Assembly (NCBI GenBank): GCA_003173895.1
Contig: PJMG01000006.1
Location: 2,820-66,819 of the forward strand
Direction of reading: 5' to 3'
Source of the DNA: Candidatus Levyibacteriota bacterium
Lineage (GTDB): Bacteria > Patescibacteriota > Microgenomatia > Levybacterales > UBA12049
Length of the DNA stretch: 64,000 bases
Positions 57,707 through 64,000 of the stretch are shown piece after piece. Both the position numbers and the translations under genes were made by a program. Position 1 is the first letter of the stretch; each line of letters begins with the position of its first letter. The notes below the pieces were generated by a model, which saw only the letters and a list, made by a program, of their open reading frames with translations, searched no databases and was not told where the DNA came from.

Positions 57707-59404
57707 TTATTCTTCCAAAGATGAGTGTACAGGATCTGCGAATAATTTTTGCAATAGTTTTAGTAAATCTGCGTCAATACCATTTGGTAGACGATTTGCA
57801 CGTTCTGCCATCGCAACTAAATTTGTTACTACATCAAATTCTTTATTAAAATGGATAGGATCCTTATATAGATCTCCATACCGTTCTGGGAAAACTATAC
57901 CCCCCATAATCATACCAAGTGTATGTATCCTTATTTGTATATGTCGATTGTATCCGTATTCATTATGATCATAAATTTTAAATATAGGAGACAGATTAGG
58001 TTGCTCTTTTTCTATTTCACTTGCTAATGATAAATAGTTATAGATAAATAGCGATTTTAACTGATTTAATGTGTCTGCATCTTTAGATCTCCTTCCTGCA
58101 AAGGTGGGCGCTTTTCTTTTATTCTCTATTTCATCTAATCCAATAAGATGAGGCATCTTATGTCTTCCTTTGATCACAGAATCTAAACTTTTTAACCCAT
58201 ATGCTATATTATTCAACTCTTCTGCTGGAGTAGCGTTAGTATTTATTGATGCATTAGCTTTTATATACTCATTTACTCTTTTTACACTTTCATCATCTGG
58301 TAAACTTTCTAATGTGTCATTTCCAGGAGTAAAAGCACGCGCTATATCTCTTACTGTCATTAATAAGTAATGAGGAGTTCCACCCATAGGAAATGTAATA
58401 TATACAGAATTAATAGAGGGCATGTTTATGTCTCTTGGTAACATTTGCATCATTTTTTCTAGCCTGGGAGATGTACGTACCATAATATTTATACCCATAC
58501 GTTCTCTATCACGAAGAGAAAGAACCAGAACATCGTGAGCAATAGCAATAACTTCTTCTTCACTAGTGTATCCATATGGACGCTTTATTTCATTTTCTTG
58601 TAAGCTTTTTAATACATTTTCTGCTGATTTTGTCTTTTGCCATAATTTTTCTCGCGATGCTTTAGCTTTCCTTATACTTTGATCTATAGCAGCTTTAGCA
58701 TATGCGGTATCCGGAGTGTATGAAACTCTATCGTCTTCTCTTTGCCCATGAAAAGTTGCCAGACTTTGTGCATAAGTAAACCATTCTGAAAGAGCTTCAT
58801 TATTCATAGAGGATATATGGGTTTTGGCATAACGATAAATTGCTCTTTGTATATAAGGGTTAATTTTTCTTTCATCCATTTCATCTATATTCACATTATA
58901 GATATCCACAGTTTCCTGATTTATATCTTTGAGTATACTTGTTAAAACAATAGGTTTTGGTTCTTCCTGTCCTACCGGTCCTTTTTCAGAAAACGAAATG
59001 GCTACACAATTACCATAAGTAGGAATTTCTGTTATTACAATATTAAGACCCAAATGAGGAAGCATTTTCTCCAATGCCTCTTGAGTAGTTATATTACTAT
59101 TCTTTGCATAAGCATCAGCATATGAGTTAACTGTGTTAAAAACATTTTGTACAAACTTATTTTTTTCCTCTTCTATATTATCCCCTTCTGAAGGAGATAA
59201 GGTAGGTAAACCATCTAAGATACGTGCAATATGTATAAATTGGTATCCAATACGACGTAAAGAAGTAATAGTTTCTCCTTGTATTAAATTCTTTTCTCTA
59301 CTTAGATTATTTAGATAAGTAATTACACCACTTGTACCATCAATTCCTTCTAATCTTCTATCAATATTTGTTAATACTTGTTTTACTTGTCTGTTTTCAG
59401 TCAT
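57707..59404 (-). CDS. hypothetical protein, 565 aa (ORFan island)
   Basis: No motif I recognise; first gene of a nine-gene same-strand array. Confidence 0.35.
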   Translation of the reverse strand: MTENRQVKQVLTNIDRRLEGIDGTSGVITYLNNLSREKNLIQGETITSLRRIGYQFIHIARILDGLPTLSPSEGDNIEEEKNKFVQNVFNTVNSYADAYAKNSNITTQEALEKMLPHLGLNIVITEIPTYGNCVAISFSEKGPVGQEEPKPIVLTSILKDINQETVDIYNVNIDEMDERKINPYIQRAIYRYAKTHISSMNNEALSEWFTYAQSLATFHGQREDDRVSYTPDTAYAKAAIDQSIRKAKASREKLWQKTKSAENVLKSLQENEIKRPYGYTSEEEVIAIAHDVLVLSLRDRERMGINIMVRTSPRLEKMMQMLPRDINMPSINSVYITFPMGGTPHYLLMTVRDIARAFTPGNDTLESLPDDESVKRVNEYIKANASINTNATPAEELNNIAYGLKSLDSVIKGRHKMPHLIGLDEIENKRKAPTFAGRRSKDADTLNQLKSLFIYNYLSLASEIEKEQPNLSPIFKIYDHNEYGYNRHIQIRIHTLGMIMGGIVFPERYGDLYKDPIHFNKEFDVVTNLVAMAERANRLPNGIDADLLKLLQKLFADPVHSSLEE

Positions 59405-59538
59405 AACTATTTTTTGAGAGTATACTGTAGTTAATAATAATTATCAACTATTAATAATATAGGTGGTTTAAATTTGGTGAATCTATTTAGATTTATAGTT
59501 TGCGTCAATTAATGTAGCGGGAAATTTAAATTATAAAT

Positions 59539-59886
59539 TTATACTTTAACTCTTATAAAATAGAACTCACTGGCTTCATTTCCATTAGCTTCTATCTTAT
59601 GCATAGAATTGGCATGTACGATAATAACATCATCCTTTTTATATTCTATTTGCTCTTCTTCGCAGAAATAATTACCTGTGCCTTTTATAACTATACATAC
59701 TTCATCCATATTTTCATGTTTATGCCAATCCCAAACTTGTCCAGGTTTTAAAAAACCTTTAGTAATGGCTTCCAGATTCTCTGTAGTCAGATGATGAGGG
59801 TAGACTAATGTTTTTCTGGAATTTGGCACATCATGAATGGCCTCAAAAGGTATATCATCTATATTAAGTTTTAAGAATTTCTTCAT
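59539..59886 (-). CDS. cupin-domain protein
   Basis: WHKHENMDEVCIVIKGTG...VIIVHANSMHKIEA is a two-motif cupin pattern. Confidence 0.6.
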   Translation of the reverse strand: MKKFLKLNIDDIPFEAIHDVPNSRKTLVYPHHLTTENLEAITKGFLKPGQVWDWHKHENMDEVCIVIKGTGNYFCEEEQIEYKKDDVIIVHANSMHKIEANGNEASEFYFIRVKV

Positions 59887-59934
59887 TAAATAAAGTATAG
59901 CAAAATTTATGAGGATTTATTTTTACTTAAGATA

Positions 59935-60327
59935 TTAATTACGTCGTTCTCCTTCAACTGATTGAAGTATACTTATTTTACCTCCTCTACGTATTCTTAC
60001 CCAATACCAATCAGGATTTCTTCGTACTCCTTCTCCTCCACCTTCGGGATAGTCAAAATACTCCACGCTATACTTAGTGCGTTCAGAGCCTAAGAAGTTC
60101 AGAAAGGGTTTACCTGTTCCACGTCTTCTAACTTCCATACGACTCTTATGATATCCATATCTTTCACCACCACTAAAAAAATCCATTATAGCCTTACCAC
60201 TATTAACATCAACCTTAATGTGATTATATGGGTGTCTATCAGGATCACGTACATCTCCTGTTTCAAATGTTATATCCCATGGTTGTCCCATTTCAAGAAG
60301 AACCATTAATAACTCTGGATTTGGCAT
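59935..60327 (-). CDS. hypothetical protein (Arg/Gly-rich)
   Basis: 130 aa. Confidence 0.35.
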   Translation of the reverse strand: MPNPELLMVLLEMGQPWDITFETGDVRDPDRHPYNHIKVDVNSGKAIMDFFSGGERYGYHKSRMEVRRRGTGKPFLNFLGSERTKYSVEYFDYPEGGGEGVRRNPDWYWVRIRRGGKISILQSVEGERRN

Positions 60328-60667
60328 AAAGAGAATTTTACTAAATAGTTATTTAAAAAACAAGAAGAATTAAAAAAATTCCTATCACATTAAAGAGGAA
60401 ATATGATACAGTAGAAATGCTAAAAGTTATAAGTAAAGTAAAATGAATGGTGTTGAAGTAACTGCTATTATTACAATTATTGCTTTCTCGATTAGAGGAA
60501 TGATTTCATTAGTAGTTATTATTTGGGGAGGGAAAAAAGTGAAAAAATATTTTGATAAGAAAAATAGTATAGTAGAAAACCATAATCAAGATAAATTATA
60601 AAAAGAATGCCCCACAGGCTGTTGGTTATATCCTCAATCTTATCTACTGTACAATAATTATTAGCGT

Positions 60668-60967
60668 ATGCTAAGATTTTTATGGATGGCAAATGTACCA
60701 GAAACCGATAAATGTCCCGGTTTAGATTATTCTCCAATACAACCAGTTATTATTGATATTGCATTTGGCGATGGACGAATAAATAGAATTTTTTGGGGGA
60801 AAGTAGGACAACTGCTAGGAATTAATAAAAGAAGATTTCCAAAAGGACAATGTGGAGCTGGTCGATTGGGCAATGAAATGATAACTTCAAACAATCCAAA
60901 TGGTTCAATTCTACGAGCAGATTGTGCTAGTTGCAGTAGAAGAACTGAAGTAAGAAGAATTCAATAA
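60668..60967 (+). CDS. hypothetical small Cys-containing protein
   Basis: 99 aa; weak. Confidence 0.25.
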   Translation: MLRFLWMANVPETDKCPGLDYSPIQPVIIDIAFGDGRINRIFWGKVGQLLGINKRRFPKGQCGAGRLGNEMITSNNPNGSILRADCASCSRRTEVRRIQ

Positions 60968-60994
60968 TTTTTAAAAAGTAAATTTTGAGAATTA

Positions 60995-61696
60995 TTAATG
61001 GGAGATTTTTTTACTATAGTCTTCAGCAATTCTACTAATCTCTTCTATGTGTCTATTTATTAAGTTTTGCATAGTTCTTCTATCTATTACTGTTAATAAA
61101 TTTTGCGCATCACCTGCTATAGCACCTACAAACCTTTCCGCTACTTCTTTTAATAATGGCAGTTGTCTTAAAAGTCTTTCTCTCTCTTCTGAATCAATAC
61201 CTTTATCATTTTTTATGATCTCCGGTAATGCTTCCTCAAATCGCCTGGAAGCGGAACGAATAAAATGACTACCAAGCCCTTCGATTAAACCTACAGCTAT
61301 ATCCGAAGTGGTTCTAACTCGTCTATCACCTGAAACAGGAGGAACAGGAACTACTGCAGTGGACTGATTTTCTGAAGTCTCTGATGACGGTAGCGGTATC
61401 TGATTAGTAATATGATGTAATAAGGGTTCATTAACTTGACGGCCTAATTCAGCAGCTGTAAGTGATTGAAGTAATTGAACTTCACGTCCAGTAGTTAATC
61501 CCAATAAAGTAGGCATATGATATGCATCCAGAAGAACACCTGCAGGTTGGTATGCTAACTGTGCAGCCATCTCAATCCCTCTAAGTTCTGCGTCTGATAT
61601 AGTTCCTTTTATAGTAGTAATAGTATCTTCAACCCTTCTAACTGTTCCTTGTACTCTTTCTGTTAAATTTTTACCTAATTTTCTAAGATCTTCCAT
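60995..61696 (-). CDS. hypothetical protein (ORFan island)
   Basis: 233 aa. Confidence 0.35.
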   Translation of the reverse strand: MEDLRKLGKNLTERVQGTVRRVEDTITTIKGTISDAELRGIEMAAQLAYQPAGVLLDAYHMPTLLGLTTGREVQLLQSLTAAELGRQVNEPLLHHITNQIPLPSSETSENQSTAVVPVPPVSGDRRVRTTSDIAVGLIEGLGSHFIRSASRRFEEALPEIIKNDKGIDSEERERLLRQLPLLKEVAERFVGAIAGDAQNLLTVIDRRTMQNLINRHIEEISRIAEDYSKKISH

Positions 61697-61754
61697 ATAT
61701 TCTAGAACGAAATGTACACCTCCAAAGTACTCTTGTCAATAGCTTGGTTAAAAT

Positions 61755-61783
61755 TTGACAACTACGATTTTATGTCCTATAAT
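61755..61783 (+). promoter_or_regulatory. consensus sigma-70 promoter, leaderless-type, for the 61792 gene
   Basis: TTGACA (61755-61760), 17 bp, TATAAT (61778-61783); the ATG at 61792 is 8 nt downstream. The -10 sits in a GTCCTATAAT context shared with the motifs at 57541 and 63853. Confidence 0.45.
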
Positions 61784-61791
61784 TCTGCCCT

Positions 61792-62418
61792 ATGAGTGAA
61801 TCTTTTAACCCCCATGCAGCTTATGAAAAATGGCGTCAATCTCTACCCGATTATTCTGTAGGCTTAAGAGGTCAAAGTTCCCAATTCAACGAGACTATTC
61901 TAGAACATGGTTTTGATAAACGCAGATGGTATTTTGCTATTAATCTTTCTGAACTAGATTGGGATGGGATGAGAGAAATTAGAGGAGAACTTCATGACTG
62001 GTTTGACTATTTAGTACGCTTTGGAAAAGAAGCTAGTACTAATAAATCAAGAGAAATTACTTTGGATACTCCAGAACAATGTTTAACTTATTTCAGTCAA
62101 CATCCTCAAGAGTATATATCACTTTTGTTATTAAAATTTCCTGGAATTAGAGGATGGTATCATTCACATAATATAATTAGAGTGAGCTTAGGCGGTGAAG
62201 AACAACAAACATTTCAACATAAACTCTCTCGTAACTTTATAGTTAAAGATCTTTATTTAAACCAATCAGACTTTGAAAGAGTGCGAGAGGAATTAGTTAA
62301 AAGAGGGTTAGATCTTAATGATCCGAAATATAAAGATATTATGACCAATAAACTTTCTCGTTTAATGTTAAGAAAAGTGTTAAGTGAAATAACACATCTT
62401 GAGAGTTCTGAGAGATAA
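61792..62418 (+). CDS. hypothetical protein (ORFan island)
   Basis: 208 aa. Confidence 0.35.
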   Translation: MSESFNPHAAYEKWRQSLPDYSVGLRGQSSQFNETILEHGFDKRRWYFAINLSELDWDGMREIRGELHDWFDYLVRFGKEASTNKSREITLDTPEQCLTYFSQHPQEYISLLLLKFPGIRGWYHSHNIIRVSLGGEEQQTFQHKLSRNFIVKDLYLNQSDFERVREELVKRGLDLNDPKYKDIMTNKLSRLMLRKVLSEITHLESSER

Positions 62419-62426
62419 AACAAAGC

Positions 62427-63044
62427 TTAATTAACTCCGTTTTTACCTTCTTTTATCATTATTATTGCGTAAGGTTGATCTTTAATTAAGTTTAATAATT
62501 CTGGATTTTCATAAAAATGAGCGCTACCCGCCTGTAAAATAAGTTTTCTTCTTAAATATCTATATCTGAATTTTCGTAAAGTATCTTTTATAGTAGCATT
62601 GAGTGAATCATTTCGTTGTAGTGCTTTTAAATTCGATTCTTTTTGTTTTTCCAAAGCTATATTTGTTAGATGTAACCTTTCTTGCATTGAAATTCCGAGC
62701 TCTTCTGATGCTGTAGTTGCTGCATTGGATTCTTCTTGTAAAGCGTCAGATTCATCGTATTTTTTTATATCATCCCACCCTATCGTTTTAGTCCCAAATT
62801 TTACTCCAAATTCTCTTCTACTTAATCTCCATGGATATCTTCTTCCTTTTTCGCGCCCTTCAATAGCTAGTAAATGTCCTAAACCAGTATGTTCTTTTAT
62901 TATTCTATTTTCATTTTGAACTGAGTCTGCGTCTTCATGATTAAGTCCAATACAAATAACTCGGGCTTTTTTAAGCGGAACGTTAGCTGAATAAATAGTA
63001 TATGCTTCTTGATTCATAGAGAAAATTTTATCATAGGATTGCAA
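62427..63044 (-). CDS. hypothetical protein (ORFan island)
   Basis: 205 aa; overlaps the upstream gene by 14 bp. Confidence 0.35.
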   Translation of the reverse strand: MQSYDKIFSMNQEAYTIYSANVPLKKARVICIGLNHEDADSVQNENRIIKEHTGLGHLLAIEGREKGRRYPWRLSRREFGVKFGTKTIGWDDIKKYDESDALQEESNAATTASEELGISMQERLHLTNIALEKQKESNLKALQRNDSLNATIKDTLRKFRYRYLRRKLILQAGSAHFYENPELLNLIKDQPYAIIMIKEGKNGVN

Positions 63045-63825
63045 TTGGATTACCTTCTAGATCCACAGGTAGTAAACCTTTTTTAATAAGCAGTTGAGCG
63101 GCAAATCTAAAGCGAGGTTGTAACAATTCGTATAAATATAAAGGAACTACGATAACTTCACAAGATTTTCCATTTGTAAATGTTAATGTATATTTGACAC
63201 TATTGGCTATACTATATTCTCCACGCCTTACCTGTGGTTTAGAAGTATAATTGAGTTTTTGATTTTCCACAGCCATTACTGGAAAGATATAGTAAGGATC
63301 TTCTGGAAAATGGCGTTCTTTGTCAGCTAAATCATATATAAAAGTAGTTAATCTGTTAAAAGGTCCTTTAGATTCACAGGTATACAATTCTGCTCGTTGC
63401 ACATTTTGTATACCTACATGCTTAGACACATGCTTAAAATATGCTTTATGCCAACCTCTTCTTTCTACTAAAAATGCTGTATTAGCCAGATCATGTCTTT
63501 GCCTAGAAGTAAAAGTACCGTTGAGATATGTTTGAACAGTTTCTTCATGAATTTGTTTTTCTTCGTCAGTAAGCTGAGTTAAAATCGCAGCTTCATGAAA
63601 TCCTGGAGCTTTAACATTACATATGGTTCTTATTCCTATATGATTCCCACTTAAATAATATAAGTCTTGTGTATCAGTTTGTATAGGATTATACTCTCTC
63701 TTTCTTCTCATCCCTAGTCGTAGCAGAGTTTCCCCCATAACATTAACTTCTCCTGATTTTGTTTTGAAAGGAGGACGCACATTACCTGATTCCTGATTTC
63801 TAATGAGAAATTCTACTAGTGGCAT
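63031..63825 (-). CDS. hypothetical protein (ORFan island)
   Basis: 264 aa. Confidence 0.35.
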   Translation of the reverse strand: MPLVEFLIRNQESGNVRPPFKTKSGEVNVMGETLLRLGMRRKREYNPIQTDTQDLYYLSGNHIGIRTICNVKAPGFHEAAILTQLTDEEKQIHEETVQTYLNGTFTSRQRHDLANTAFLVERRGWHKAYFKHVSKHVGIQNVQRAELYTCESKGPFNRLTTFIYDLADKERHFPEDPYYIFPVMAVENQKLNYTSKPQVRRGEYSIANSVKYTLTFTNGKSCEVIVVPLYLYELLQPRFRFAAQLLIKKGLLPVDLEGNPIAIL

Positions 63826-63898
63826 GCAATGATTTTAGGCTATCAATTCAAGATTGTCAATTATAGGACTATTTTTGAATTAAGTAATGTTTGTACTT

Positions 63899-64000
63899 AT
63901 AAATCTTGTCTCCGCTTGGTAAAAGAGTCATATTCTGCCATAAGTTCTCTTACTCTCCTAGCACTATCTTGTATTTTATAATTTTCTCCCTCTATACTAT
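63899..64000 (-). CDS. partial hypothetical protein (C-terminal fragment; gene starts beyond the window end)
   Basis: A reverse-strand frame (...SIEGENYKIQDSARRVRELMAEYDSFTKRRQDL*) ends at 63899. Confidence 0.25.

Noticed and set aside
1-64000. CRISPR array, rRNA genes or prophage
   Set aside because: I saw no regularly spaced direct repeats, no rRNA-like conserved stretches, and no integrase or phage structural genes. The only mobile element is the IS1595 copy.

Overview
AT-rich bacterial chromosomal segment, roughly 30% GC by eye, gene-dense with about 75 protein-coding ORFs. I see no rRNA, tRNA or CRISPR array. Left third (0-15 kb): a sigma-70-family sigma factor with a long N-terminal extension that I cannot relate to any known sigma region. 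Next comes an O-antigen-ligase-like polytopic membrane protein with C-terminal TPR repeats, a DUF3800 protein, and a cluster of secreted or membrane-anchored Cys-rich and tandem-repeat surface proteins. Middle (15-49 kb): ordinary housekeeping, stress and transport genes. These are a TrmB-type regulator, a SAM methyltransferase, a zf-UBP protein, a deoxynucleoside kinase, an MFS DHA2 transporter, an Nramp transporter, an FMN reductase with a divergent HxlR regulator, a KGG stress protein, HPRT, GlsB, glutamine synthetase, a CBS protein, an ArsB/NhaD-type permease, TrkH, a PfkB kinase, an orphan PAS histidine kinase and a phospholipase D. The middle also holds an intact IS1595-family insertion sequence (36201-38009) with 22/26-bp terminal inverted repeats and a perfect 8-bp target-site duplication ATTAACTC, carrying two or three cargo ORFs. 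Further right are copper-related proteins (cupredoxin, NlpE-like, HMBD-MauE), an Aha1-like/ArsR pair, VOC proteins, a dihydrofolate-reductase-family (RibD C-terminal domain) protein and a MacAB-like HlyD/FtsX/ABC efflux operon. Right 14 kb (49.7-64 kb): an island of ORFans with no family I can recognise. It includes a nine-gene same-strand array with a Tat-signal lipoprotein, a methyltransferase-like protein, a cupin, one gene split by a single in-frame TGA, and a shared promoter-like motif GTCCTATAATTGACA. A GC-rich MITE-like family of short palindromic repeats (TGTCATCCTGAG ... CGAAGGATC) occurs at ten or more sites. One copy sits in-frame inside the O-antigen-ligase-like CDS. A second GC-rich element family (AAGGGGTGG ... 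CGACAGGACCCCG) also sits in-frame in that CDS. Several genes have a TTGACA/TATAAT-like promoter ending only 8-10 nt before the ATG (leaderless-type), while others carry strong GGAGG-type SD sequences. All calls rest on motif recognition by eye; none was confirmed by a database search.
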